Positions 46,938-55,056 of a stretch of 64,000 nucleotides of DNA are shown here, piece by piece. Position 1 is the first letter of the stretch. Every line of letters starts with the position of its first letter. The stretch lies in sequence record PZ386957.1, one strand, 5' to 3'. Under the pieces are notes generated by a model, which made no database searches, had not been told where the DNA came from, and was given only the letters and a program-made list of their open reading frames with translations. Both the position numbers and the translations under genes were made by a program. The DNA is from a phage.

Positions 46938-47129
46938 TTAGATTCCGGTGATCCTGCATAGAGTTCTTGTATTAGCACCAATCAGGATAGCATTAACGAC
47001 AACCATTCCCCAATCAACCCACGGATTATTATAAATGCTGAATCCGTTTGCAAGGCCAAATACAAGCATTCCGGTACACATACTCAGAGCAATAATCAAC
47101 ATCACGGTAAAACCAAATGCAAATTTCAT
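46938..47129 (-). CDS. small membrane protein
   Basis: 63 aa, two hydrophobic helices; directly upstream of the M15 peptidase gene. Confidence 0.45.
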   Translation of the reverse strand: MKFAFGFTVMLIIALSMCTGMLVFGLANGFSIYNNPWVDWGMVVVNAILIGANTRTLCRITGI

Positions 47130-47130
47130 A

Positions 47131-47361
47131 TTATTTTCCTTTTCTCTGTTTACGTTTATAAAAGTAATACATTACCTCATCGCGTCCGGTGATCCAACAT
47201 GCTAGGGCAGTAAACAAGTTTACAATTCCCAACACACCTACGGATGCGGCGCTATCAACGGACATAGGAACAGTAAAGGCCATAGCTAGCATCGCAACGC
47301 CACAAATGATATTAAGCACCATTATAATAAGACCGAAGAAAACCATTGTCAATCCTCCCAA
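47131..47361 (-). CDS. small membrane protein
   Basis: 76 aa, hydrophobic, basic C-terminus. Confidence 0.45.
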   Translation of the reverse strand: MGGLTMVFFGLIIMVLNIICGVAMLAMAFTVPMSVDSAASVGVLGIVNLFTALACWITGRDEVMYYFYKRKQRKGK

Positions 47362-47540
47362 ATAAGAAAACCAACAATCACACCCATAATAAGAGAGGAT
47401 GCACCACTAATCAAGCAACCCGCGCCAAGTGATTCCCACCAGATCAGGGAAGCGACAATAACGCAAAATCCCCAGACTACCGCAATTATAACATAGACAA
47501 ACATAATCCAAAATAGATACTTGTTCATAATAAATCCCAT
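47349..47540 (-). CDS. small membrane protein
   Basis: 63 aa, hydrophobic. Confidence 0.45.
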   Translation of the reverse strand: MGFIMNKYLFWIMFVYVIIAVVWGFCVIVASLIWWESLGAGCLISGASSLIMGVIVGFLIWED

Positions 47541-47713
47541 TCACCAATCAAATATGAAAATAGCCAAATAAACAGAAACGAGACAATTGATCCAGCAAGC
47601 AAAATAATATTAGAGAATCCGCCGTTTATCCAGTCGATCAAACAGAATATTCCAGTATAGAAACACAACCCAATTACAAAACAGACGATAAGCAACCATA
47701 GGTAAAACGCCAT
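47525..47713 (-). CDS. small membrane protein
   Basis: 62 aa, hydrophobic. Confidence 0.45.
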   Translation of the reverse strand: MAFYLWLLIVCFVIGLCFYTGIFCLIDWINGGFSNIILLAGSIVSFLFIWLFSYLIGEWDLL

Positions 47714-47774
47714 AGAAAGCCCTCCAGTGAGCTAAATTAGTGCGGGTAGTACATTCTCCTACCCGCGTTGTTAA

Positions 47775-47933
47775 TCATCGTATAGCGTGTTCTATGGCGA
47801 CTCCTACAAGGCCACTAACAACACCAGTACAGAAAGCAACTAGAGCATTCATTCGGTCTTTAGGGATCATTGCAAACAGTACAACACCCACACAGAAAGC
47901 CATCACCATTGAAGTTAACATTTGTTCCATCAT
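47775..47933 (-). CDS. small membrane protein (52 aa, not in ORF track)
   Basis: ATG immediately after the upstream stop; hydrophobic MMEQMLTSMVMAFCVGVVLFAMIP...; antisense to plus-strand ORF 47740..47955. Confidence 0.4.
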   Translation of the reverse strand: MMEQMLTSMVMAFCVGVVLFAMIPKDRMNALVAFCTGVVSGLVGVAIEHAIR

Positions 47934-47935
47934 TA

Positions 47936-48274
47936 TTACACCTTTAAAGTCATAGACGCATAAACATTAATACCAGGCCAATTGGGATCACAATTATACT
48001 CAACATCCCACAAATAAAGCGGTTTGGATGTATCAGCCAAGTTTTTAAAATCTTCTACCCACATTTCAAGGCTATAGGATGGATAAACTAGGCTATCATA
48101 TCCACCGTAACGTTGGCCTACTGGTCTGTCAGTAAAAACTACCTCAAGATCCGGTAATTCTTTTTCTAGGATAACCGCCAGCGCATAAATCAGGCGGTCT
48201 TCCTTGTTACGCTGCCGTAGGACCGTTGTCAGTTGGTTCTTCTGGTTCACTAGCAAGTACCTCCACATTTTCAC
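47936..48274 (-). CDS. hypothetical protein, start uncertain
   Basis: 112 aa ORF with non-ATG first codon; overlaps the upstream gene. Confidence 0.4.
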   Translation of the reverse strand: MKMWRYLLVNQKNQLTTVLRQRNKEDRLIYALAVILEKELPDLEVVFTDRPVGQRYGGYDSLVYPSYSLEMWVEDFKNLADTSKPLYLWDVEYNCDPNWPGINVYASMTLKV

Positions 48275-48527
48275 AGAATGAAATTTTCACGGACACAATT
48301 TTACCATAAGTGAAGAATGAATATACATTATCGAGATATTCAACATCACCTACAATCACATCAAACTGCGGGTCAGCCACTGCCGCAACATATTCTACCA
48401 GTTCATCAAGAGAATGCAACTTAATTTCATCAATTCGGCTATATTTGGTTGCATCTTTAATTTTAAAACCACGTTCTTTCAGCTTATCAATCAGAATTTC
48501 ACGCGGAGTTTCAAACAGTTTGCTCAT
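48207..48527 (-). CDS. hypothetical protein
   Basis: ORF track 48207..48545; start refined to ATG 48527 (GAGG RBS). Confidence 0.5.
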   Translation of the reverse strand: MSKLFETPREILIDKLKERGFKIKDATKYSRIDEIKLHSLDELVEYVAAVADPQFDVIVGDVEYLDNVYSFFTYGKIVSVKISFCENVEVLASEPEEPTDNGPTAA

Positions 48528-48549
48528 AATATAATCCTCACACAATTAA

Positions 48550-48744
48550 TCAATGGTCAATAATCTTACACATTACAATTGAAAGAACAAAGACAGCAAC
48601 CCACATATAGATCCCAGCAATCAGGGCAATTTCAATCTCACAGTATCCAAGAAGTACAACAGGAATAAAAACAAACATACAGACCAGCGCAAAGAAACTA
48701 GCAAAGGCGCTCGAAAATCCGATGGCAGTATTAGTAATCTTCAT
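48550..48744 (-). CDS. small membrane protein
   Basis: 64 aa, hydrophobic. Confidence 0.45.
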   Translation of the reverse strand: MKITNTAIGFSSAFASFFALVCMFVFIPVVLLGYCEIEIALIAGIYMWVAVFVLSIVMCKIIDH

Positions 48745-48750
48745 ATTAAG

Positions 48751-48948
48751 TCATCTCACAGTTTTATAAATGAAAACAATAAAATCCCAGACAAAAAAGA
48801 CAGTGAAAATAATCATCGTCAAGACAGTAAACACTGTCAGATTTTCATCGTTAGTTAATTCATAGTCGCCCATCCATACAATCACAAGATATAGCATTGA
48901 AAGAACGGAAGCACCTACGAAGTTGAAAAACATATTCTTGAGCGTCAT
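48751..48948 (-). CDS. small membrane protein
   Basis: 65 aa, hydrophobic. Confidence 0.45.
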   Translation of the reverse strand: MTLKNMFFNFVGASVLSMLYLVIVWMGDYELTNDENLTVFTVLTMIIFTVFFVWDFIVFIYKTVR

Positions 48949-48949
48949 A

Positions 48950-49132
48950 TTAACAATCCTCGCGGCTTAAGTCAACTGCAATTGCATACAGCATAATGAA
49001 TATGCTAGCAGATCCTAGAATCAATGCACCTTCACATGTTGTAACCCGCTCGTCAAAGTATAGCATCAGCCATCCGAGGATGTTAAAGGCGCATACAGCG
49101 CCTATGTTGGCTAACCAATTAATCTTTTTCAT
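48950..49132 (-). CDS. small membrane protein
   Basis: 60 aa, hydrophobic. Confidence 0.45.
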   Translation of the reverse strand: MKKINWLANIGAVCAFNILGWLMLYFDERVTTCEGALILGSASIFIMLYAIAVDLSREDC

Positions 49133-49140
49133 ATTGTACC

Positions 49141-49467
49141 TTAGAAAGAAACTGTTTTCAAGAAATCCAGATTTTCAGTGCCGAAAGTAGAAAAGTAGTG
49201 TTTTCCTTTTTCGGTTTTAGAGAAAGCGATTGTCTTCTCTACATGGTGACGGAAGCCAGACAGACGATCACCCAGATCAAGGCGGCAAGCGTAAGTAGTG
49301 CCGTTTTCGAAAGTAACCTCGATTTGAGTTTTGTCATATTCGCCTTCATAGGCTTTTGCTGCGGCGTCCTGTGCTTTACGCTCGAAGTCTTCGAAGTGGA
49401 ATACTTCGTTTGCGTTAGCGAATACGGAAGATTCAGAGAAGATAACTTTAACAGATACTGGTTTCAT
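49141..49467 (-). CDS. hypothetical protein
   Basis: ORF track 49141..49536 trimmed to ATG 49467 (AGGAG RBS), downstream of the promoter at 49505-49533. Confidence 0.5.
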   Translation of the reverse strand: MKPVSVKVIFSESSVFANANEVFHFEDFERKAQDAAAKAYEGEYDKTQIEVTFENGTTYACRLDLGDRLSGFRHHVEKTIAFSKTEKGKHYFSTFGTENLDFLKTVSF

Positions 49468-49504
49468 TTTGATACTCCTTTGTGTGTTTCGTTTCGATGG
49501 GTGT

Positions 49505-49533
49505 ATTATGCTATACACCCTATCGTATGTCAA
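49505..49533 (-). promoter_or_regulatory. sigma70-type early promoter
   Basis: Minus strand TTGACA-17-CATAAT. Confidence 0.55.
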
Positions 49534-49540
49534 CAACTTT

Positions 49541-49729
49541 TTAGTCTTTTTTCATAATTTCTAGGGCAGCTTCTACCGCACCTTTCCAACCTTCCCACAT
49601 GATGGACATGGTAAGGAAGTTAAAGCACCCGCAGGAATCGGCCTTTTTAGAAATAAACCATTCTACAAACTCTGTGCTAATGCCATTCTCTTTAGCAGAT
49701 TCGCGCAGTTGTTCAATCTGGTCTTCCAT
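49541..49729 (-). CDS. hypothetical small protein
   Basis: 62 aa ORF. Confidence 0.45.
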   Translation of the reverse strand: MEDQIEQLRESAKENGISTEFVEWFISKKADSCGCFNFLTMSIMWEGWKGAVEAALEIMKKD

Positions 49730-49738
49730 AGTATCACC

Positions 49739-49927
49739 TCAACACTTAACGTTATTCAAACGGTTTTGAAAATAAACATAACATGCATAATTCTGTTTTG
49801 GCTGTACCGTATCAGATAAGCACGCTTTTACCGCTTCGCGATCCGATGGATCTACACCCTCAGCTTTAAGTAGTGCTAAGATCTGGTAGTAGCGTTCTCT
49901 CAGTTGCGCTAATGGTTTCTCTCCCAT
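49739..49927 (-). CDS. hypothetical small protein
   Basis: 62 aa ORF. Confidence 0.45.
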   Translation of the reverse strand: MGEKPLAQLRERYYQILALLKAEGVDPSDREAVKACLSDTVQPKQNYACYVYFQNRLNNVKC

Positions 49928-49936
49928 AATACCCCC

Positions 49937-50158
49937 TTACAGTTGATCAGCAATGTAAGCATGACAAGCTCGAAGTTTCATTAATGCACTACCTTTCACT
50001 TCGCCTACGATGTTCATAACTTCTAAGCGGTCAGATGGATTCATTTTAGAGCACCAGATCTGGTTAGCCAGTTCCAGCTTGCTCATATTAGGTTCCATCT
50101 CAAACAGTTCACGCTCAAAGTCGATAATTTCTTTTGCTGCTTCTTTAAAGTTGATCAT
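49937..50158 (-). CDS. hypothetical small protein
   Basis: 73 aa; GGGAGA RBS; promoter at 50188-50216. Confidence 0.5.
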   Translation of the reverse strand: MINFKEAAKEIIDFERELFEMEPNMSKLELANQIWCSKMNPSDRLEVMNIVGEVKGSALMKLRACHAYIADQL

Positions 50159-50187
50159 TTTGATTCTCCCGTTCAGTTGATGGGTGT

Positions 50188-50216
50188 ATTGTAGGGGAGT
50201 TGTCCTCCCCTGTCAA
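50188..50216 (-). promoter_or_regulatory. sigma70-type early promoter
   Basis: Minus strand TTGACA-17-TACAAT; spacer inverted repeat GGGGAGG..CTCCCC. Confidence 0.55.
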
Positions 50217-50226
50217 CACTTTTTTA

Positions 50227-50412
50227 TTAGAAATATGCAATATAGTTTGCCAGTCCTACAGAGTCATCATTCGGCATTGCTTTTACTGCCAGTTCAAATC
50301 CTGCTTCAACTTTCTGTTTAGCGGATTCTTCGTTATAACCCCAGATCACCAGAATAGCTACTACGTTTTCTTTGCTTACTGCTTTCAGTGCTTTAGTGAT
50401 GCGACGTGCCAT
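50227..50412 (-). CDS. hypothetical small protein
   Basis: 61 aa; AGGAGA RBS; promoter at 50459-50487. Confidence 0.5.
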   Translation of the reverse strand: MARRITKALKAVSKENVVAILVIWGYNEESAKQKVEAGFELAVKAMPNDDSVGLANYIAYF

Positions 50413-50458
50413 AATTTGATTCTCCTAGTTAGAAAGTGTATCTCGTTTCGATGGGTGT

Positions 50459-50487
50459 ATTATGCTATAGACCGGATCTGGTGTCAA
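50459..50487 (-). promoter_or_regulatory. sigma70-type early promoter
   Basis: Minus strand TTGACA-17-CATAAT. Confidence 0.55.
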
Positions 50488-50514
50488 CAACTTTTTTAAA
50501 AAAATTTAGGTAAT

Positions 50515-50540
50515 AAAAAAGCCACTCCGAAGAGTGGCTT
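50515..50540 (-). terminator. rho-independent terminator
   Basis: GCCACTC-TTCGG-AGTGGC hairpin followed by a U-tract on the minus strand. Confidence 0.6.
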
Positions 50541-50542
50541 AT

Positions 50543-50690
50543 AGGGAAGGTAGCGAATCTTCCTTGTCTCCAACCTGCTAGCGGCCTAGCAAGTGAATGC
50601 TTTAGCGTACCGGATTACCCCCATACGCTGTAATAAATGCGGCTAGGTGACGTCCAAATCATTCTAACCGCGCTGTTTTTAGTTCACTAT
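50543..50690 (-). ncRNA. candidate small structured RNA (speculative)
   Basis: About 150-nt GC-rich ORF-free interval between a TATAAATA late-promoter-like element (about 50683-50690) and the terminator at 50515-50540; three predicted hairpins; no tRNA T-loop. Confidence 0.25.
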
Positions 50691-50908
50691 TATTTATATA
50701 GCTTTCTATCGCTACGTTTCCGGTCTTCTTCCTTGATACAATTAAATGCATCAAACAGACACATACCGCTGATAGTGAACATGATCAGGTTTTCGACGAT
50801 ATCCCACGTTTTAGCCCCTGTGCAGATATTCCAAACAGTCATAAAAGCAAATAGTGCAGAAGAGATCACAAGCATGATACTTGCTAAGATATAAAAAGTC
50901 ATTTTCAT
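50690..50908 (-). CDS. small membrane protein
   Basis: 72 aa, hydrophobic. Confidence 0.45.
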   Translation of the reverse strand: MKMTFYILASIMLVISSALFAFMTVWNICTGAKTWDIVENLIMFTISGMCLFDAFNCIKEEDRKRSDRKLYK

Positions 50909-51099
50909 GGTTTTACCTCAATTCTTCGATATTCATCACACATCCACGCAGTAAGCAAGAATCCCATCACATAAGCAACAAAATACGTTAATGCTTCTTC
51001 TGGTTCGGTGCTATGCGCCATCATCAGACCAGCGAGAAAGGTCTTAACAATTACATTTAAAATAATTAGCCACGCAAATAATTTCATCGTTTGCCCCAT
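50905..51099 (-). CDS. small membrane protein
   Basis: 64 aa, hydrophobic. Confidence 0.45.
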   Translation of the reverse strand: MGQTMKLFAWLIILNVIVKTFLAGLMMAHSTEPEEALTYFVAYVMGFLLTAWMCDEYRRIEVKP

Positions 51100-51308
51100 T
51101 TCGGACGAGATTTTTCAAATTTATACATTCCGTAACAATCTCGGATCATCCACGTAACAAGAGCACCAGTCAATACAGAAAGTACACAGAAAAAGTAAAA
51201 CGGTCCAGTTGCATTGTCAACATGAGCAAGCCAGGTAAAGAAAGCACATGCTAAGAACGTAAAGAACATCATAAAACACAGGAAAGCGAAATATTTTATG
51301 CTACTCAT
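51084..51308 (-). CDS. small membrane protein
   Basis: ORF track 51084..51326; start refined to ATG 51308 (MSSIKYFAFLCF). Confidence 0.45.
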   Translation of the reverse strand: MSSIKYFAFLCFMMFFTFLACAFFTWLAHVDNATGPFYFFCVLSVLTGALVTWMIRDCYGMYKFEKSRPKWGKR

Positions 51309-51411
51309 AGCGCCACCATACAACAAATCATAAGAAAGCCCAACGCAATAAGAATTGCATCAAATTTAGTGAACTCCGGTCCACCTATCAACATCATTCG
51401 TTCTATCTCGT

Positions 51412-51657
51412 TCATAGCGTACATACCCATCTGAAAGCTCCACATAAAGCGATCAGTAGACTAGGTATAAACGAGACTAAAACAAGATAACAAAAATCAT
51501 CTAAGGTAACACCGGAATAGCTACCAACTGTAATCACACCGATGATCAGACACAGAAAGAAAACAAATGCAATCAGAAACAAAGTATTGCTAAACAGTTT
51601 AGTGATCATTAGACACCCCACGACGGTCAATTTCAAAAACTTTCTTATCACCAACAA
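51412..51657 (-). CDS. small membrane protein, start uncertain
   Basis: 81 aa hydrophobic ORF overlapping the upstream gene. Confidence 0.4.
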   Translation of the reverse strand: MLVIRKFLKLTVVGCLMITKLFSNTLFLIAFVFFLCLIIGVITVGSYSGVTLDDFCYLVLVSFIPSLLIALCGAFRWVCTL

Positions 51658-51808
51658 AGCAGGTCACTACCGCCTCGTTGACTTCCGCAAATTGTTGTGT
51701 TACCCACTTAAGGTCATTGCGCATCAATGTTTTATTAATAACAAATGTTGTGCCTTTCTTATCCTTACCCATAAATTTTGCTTTAACCACATCAAAATCA
51801 TATTCCAT
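51599..51808 (-). CDS. hypothetical small protein
   Basis: 69 aa ORF with GGTGA RBS. Confidence 0.45.
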   Translation of the reverse strand: MEYDFDVVKAKFMGKDKKGTTFVINKTLMRNDLKWVTQQFAEVNEAVVTCFVGDKKVFEIDRRGVSNDH

Positions 51809-51817
51809 ATTATCACC

Positions 51818-51988
51818 TTATTTGCTAATCGCTAAACCCAATCCAAAGAGAGCACCCGATGCTACAGTATATCCGAAAGTTTCAAGGGCAGTAAAGATAT
51901 CGAAGCCACCAGCTAACAGAGTTGCAGCAAACATAGAGCCACCTGCGAACATAAACACATTTCCAAAAGTTTTAGCAATAATTTTCAT
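51818..51988 (-). CDS. small membrane protein (56 aa, not in ORF track)
   Basis: ATG 51988 with AGGAGA RBS downstream of a promoter at about 52015-52048; hydrophobic MKIIAKTFGNVFMFAGGSMFAATLLAGGFDIF... Confidence 0.4.
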   Translation of the reverse strand: MKIIAKTFGNVFMFAGGSMFAATLLAGGFDIFTALETFGYTVASGALFGLGLAISK

Positions 51989-52054
51989 GTTGATTCTCCT
52001 CTCGTTTGTTTGTGGGGGTATCTTACTACCCCCGTTTCATGTTGTCAATTGTTT

Positions 52055-52432
52055 TTAAGAAAATTTTACTTCGTCTACAATGTCTTTCATGACATTGATT
52101 TCCATTCCGGTCAGAACACGTTGGAACATGTGCTGCACATACGCTTTCAGGTATCCATTTGATGGCTTGCTATCAAAAGTCTTTTTAGTGTAGTAGTCAT
52201 CACCGAAAGCTACTGTAATTACATTTTCGTCGTCGTTCCAAGCGATATAAGCAAATTTGCCGTTATCCCAGAAGCGAGCACTAATTGCTACTTTTGTTGA
52301 ATCGAATCCTACTTCGCTGTGAGATTCAAGAACTACTTGCGTGCCAGTTTCTTTATGAATGTAGTAGCGGGATACTAAGTCAAAGTTACGGGTGTAGTGA
52401 CATTCGAAGTTATCTTTAAACATCATCATCAT
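52055..52432 (-). CDS. hypothetical protein
   Basis: 125 aa; AGGAGA RBS; promoter at 52471-52499. Confidence 0.5.
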   Translation of the reverse strand: MMMMFKDNFECHYTRNFDLVSRYYIHKETGTQVVLESHSEVGFDSTKVAISARFWDNGKFAYIAWNDDENVITVAFGDDYYTKKTFDSKPSNGYLKAYVQHMFQRVLTGMEINVMKDIVDEVKFS

Positions 52433-52470
52433 TTTTGATTCTCCTAAGTGTGTTTCGTTTCGATGTGTGC

Positions 52471-52499
52471 ATTATGCTATAGTCGTTTATGGTTGTCAA
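52471..52499 (-). promoter_or_regulatory. sigma70-type early promoter
   Basis: Minus strand TTGACA-17-CATAAT. Confidence 0.55.
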
Positions 52500-52516
52500 C
52501 ACCTAAAAACAAAAAA

Positions 52517-52534
52517 CCCCGAAAAAATTCGGGG
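52517..52534 (-). terminator. rho-independent terminator after the 2H-phosphoesterase gene
   Basis: CCCCGAA-AAAA-TTCGGGG hairpin followed by a U-tract on the minus strand. Confidence 0.6.
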
Positions 52535-52541
52535 TATAGAA

Positions 52542-53012
52542 TTACAGTTTGGTCGTCCACTCCAGATCTAGATCTTCGACATACTCATGAGATCGGACAA
52601 TCTCTAAATCGAACTCTAGGTCAGTGCCAAATTTACGCGCACCAACATCATAAGAAAGCGTGATATGCGGTACATATTCAGGATAATCCCACGTCGCACC
52701 TAAAGCAGTTCCGATATCGTGTCTGAATTGCATGTAGTCGCTTTCAAATGCCAGCACAAGTGCATTAGTACCGGATTGAGTTTCAAACACTTTCAGATGG
52801 CATAGAGAGCCTAAGAACTTCTCCCCTTCTTCTGGGATAAACGGAACATAAACACGAGAATATAAGATAGTGCTATGCAGTTTATCACGAGGAACGGCAT
52901 TAGGAAGATCGTAGAACTCTTGCAATTTTTCAATGCGGTCTAGTGTATCCTCAGTGAATTTAACCGCCGCATATGTACCTTTAACGGATTCTTTGAACGG
53001 GGTCATAATCAA
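52542..53012 (-). CDS. 2H-phosphoesterase (two HxT/S motifs), probable Acb1/gp57B-like cyclic-nucleotide phosphodiesterase
   Basis: 156 aa; HSTI and HITL motifs at positions typical of the 2H fold; sits immediately upstream of 57A-like and gene 1 as 57B does in T4. Confidence 0.65.
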   Translation of the reverse strand: MIMTPFKESVKGTYAAVKFTEDTLDRIEKLQEFYDLPNAVPRDKLHSTILYSRVYVPFIPEEGEKFLGSLCHLKVFETQSGTNALVLAFESDYMQFRHDIGTALGATWDYPEYVPHITLSYDVGARKFGTDLEFDLEIVRSHEYVEDLDLEWTTKL

Positions 53013-53275
53013 GCCTCCGTGATCAGTTCTACTTCCTCTTTAGCGTCTTCCGCTGCTTCGTCTTTAGAGAGAAGTGCTTTTACTTCTTCAACAATTGCAT
53101 CAAGGGAAACAGTGCCATTTTCATCTGGCTGAATACCCAGAATACGCACCAATTCCATCAAGACGCGCTCACGATCTTTCAGTTGGCCTTCTAAGAATGC
53201 GGCTTTTTCTTGAGTGTCAAACAGACGTACTTTCAGGACATTAATCATTTGTTCATGCTGATTGGACATATTCAC
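53009..53275 (-). CDS. 57A: gp57A-like small chaperone (tail fibre assembly), by position
   Basis: 88 aa acidic coiled-coil ORF between the 57B-like gene and gene 1. Confidence 0.55.
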   Translation of the reverse strand: MNMSNQHEQMINVLKVRLFDTQEKAAFLEGQLKDRERVLMELVRILGIQPDENGTVSLDAIVEEVKALLSKDEAAEDAKEEVELITEA

Positions 53276-53301
53276 ATCTCCTACTTGTTGATAACTTTTT
53301 A

Positions 53302-53958
53302 TTAAATGTTCGCGAGAATCGCGCTTTCAAATTCTTCTAATGTACCATTATTTATGATAATGGTTTCACCGTCAATAGGCAAAATTCCTTTTTCGGTGGA
53401 GTGAGTCGATACAATACCAGTATCACGCTGAATATGCAACACCTTAGCACCCATAGCACGCATGAGAGCAATTTCAATAGGCTGACGAACATCAACCACT
53501 ACAAAATACCCTTCTTCATTTTTGCGCTTCATAAACTCATTCACGAAGAGATTACACCAGTAAAGCGGATTAATCAAGTTAACCATTATATCAGTACCGA
53601 GAGTGGTTAACATGAGACGAATAGACCAGACGTTATTATGTTTTTCGCCGATCTCATTAACGACCTTGTAAATCTCAACCAGACGGTCACACGTAAAGGA
53701 ACTACCGCCACACTTCGAATCTAGCATAAGAAGACACTGGATAAACCATTTATGCGCTGTGTAGGTATCAATACCTAGATCGGCTTCTCTGTCACGCCCT
53801 AGCCCATCAAAATCAAGATACGTTAGACCTAAATCCGGTTGACATTCACATAAGACTTCTTTGATCGGTGCTGCTAGTTGATAACTATGACCATCAATGA
53901 TTAACGCGGCAGTATCTTTCCCCACTCGTTTTTTACCACAAAGTGCAATCAATTTCAT
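53302..53958 (-). CDS. 1: deoxynucleoside monophosphate kinase (gp1)
   Basis: 218 aa; N-terminal P-loop MKLIALCGKKRVGKDT matches T4 gp1 MKLIFLSGVKRSGKDT. Confidence 0.85.
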   Translation of the reverse strand: MKLIALCGKKRVGKDTAALIIDGHSYQLAAPIKEVLCECQPDLGLTYLDFDGLGRDREADLGIDTYTAHKWFIQCLLMLDSKCGGSSFTCDRLVEIYKVVNEIGEKHNNVWSIRLMLTTLGTDIMVNLINPLYWCNLFVNEFMKRKNEEGYFVVVDVRQPIEIALMRAMGAKVLHIQRDTGIVSTHSTEKGILPIDGETIIINNGTLEEFESAILANI

Positions 53959-53973
53959 AATATAATCCTCGTA

Positions 53974-54564
53974 TTACTTTCTAAAAGCTGGATGCATTGC
54001 TTTGATACCCTCAACCCTCTGGCGGTCAGCCGCCTGAATTGCCGGACGAGGAACGATCAATTGTCCATCCCGTTCAATGCTCATTGTTTTAAATGGAAGA
54101 ATTGCAGTACATACCAGAGATTCATGCATATCATCGGTGTATGTTAACTCAAGTTCTCCTAATTGGGAACACCAACAACCATAAAAGTTAAATGTGCATA
54201 CAATGTTACGGCGTTCATTGTCCATCATGTGAACTTGAACGGCTTCCGGCATTGAATCCTTCCACGCAGTGGAGTTCCCGTTATTGTAGTCTACTATAGA
54301 AAGCATCCAGGTGTAAAGGTTTAGATAGCTTTCTAGATGTTCATCGACAATAAACCGGACTACCAACGGATCAAACTCTACATGACTAGAAGGATAGTCT
54401 GCCATAGCCAAACCATATTGACCAGCAACTTGTTTAGTCGGTGGAATTGTTATAGCAGGAAGTGTAACACCTTGACAGTTTAAAGTAAAGCCTTTTGTTA
54501 GTTGACCATCTGGAATGGTTATTTGCCAGTTACTAGGATTAGCATAGTTAAAGAGATTAGACAT
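53974..54564 (-). CDS. 3: tail completion/sheath stabiliser protein (gp3), by synteny
   Basis: 196 aa ORF between gene 1 and gene 2 in T4 order; sequence not verified from memory. Confidence 0.55.
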   Translation of the reverse strand: MSNLFNYANPSNWQITIPDGQLTKGFTLNCQGVTLPAITIPPTKQVAGQYGLAMADYPSSHVEFDPLVVRFIVDEHLESYLNLYTWMLSIVDYNNGNSTAWKDSMPEAVQVHMMDNERRNIVCTFNFYGCWCSQLGELELTYTDDMHESLVCTAILPFKTMSIERDGQLIVPRPAIQAADRQRVEGIKAMHPAFRK

Positions 54565-54769
54565 GTTAATACCTTCTTAAATGAAAATATTTATCAAATA
54601 GTATCGCTTCGCGAGTGCCGGAGGCACTATTTTTGTTATTATTTTTGATGATTAATTATTAATCAAACGTGTATCTTTCAGGATAATAAAGATCACCGTT
54701 TTGGTGCTTTTTTAATCACTACCTGTAAATTTATACAGTAATAAATAAAAGGGATAAACCGTTAGAGTA

Positions 54770-55030
54770 TTGCTTATGTCAGAAGATATTTTGTTAAAAC
54801 TCTATGATCGATTAGATAACGAGTTAGCAACATTACGTGGTGAAGTTCTCTATTTGTCTAAATGTAATCAGGATCTGCTTAAGCAGATTGCAGAAAGGGA
54901 TGACCAAATAAAATCCCTTTCCGGTGCATTACGTGATCGTGACAAGGCATTAGAGATTTTACAGCGTGTAACCAATAAAGAAGAATTGAAAGATTTTCTA
55001 CATGGTTATGCTCACGCCATCGATCTATAA
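54770..55030 (+). CDS. hypothetical coiled-coil protein
   Basis: 86 aa plus-strand ORF between genes 3 and 2; AATAAATA late-promoter-like element about 20 nt upstream, hairpin terminator just downstream; weak RBS. Confidence 0.4.
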   Translation: MLMSEDILLKLYDRLDNELATLRGEVLYLSKCNQDLLKQIAERDDQIKSLSGALRDRDKALEILQRVTNKEELKDFLHGYAHAIDL

Positions 55031-55031
55031 T

Positions 55032-55056
55032 AAAAAAGCCCGTCAATGACGGGCTT
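55032..55056 (-). terminator. bidirectional hairpin terminator (strongest on minus strand, after gene 2)
   Basis: AGCCCGTC-AATG-ACGGGCT hairpin with a T-run on the minus strand and a weaker one on the plus strand. Confidence 0.55.

Noticed and set aside
23771-49536. Longest-ORF starts at 23998, 25131, 29787 and 49536
   Set aside because: These 5' extensions run through the promoter of the same gene; starts were moved to the first ATG with a Shine-Dalgarno sequence downstream of the promoter.
50543-50690. A tRNA gene in the ORF-free interval
   Set aside because: No GTTCRANYC-type T-loop or cloverleaf-compatible acceptor stem found; kept only as a speculative small RNA.
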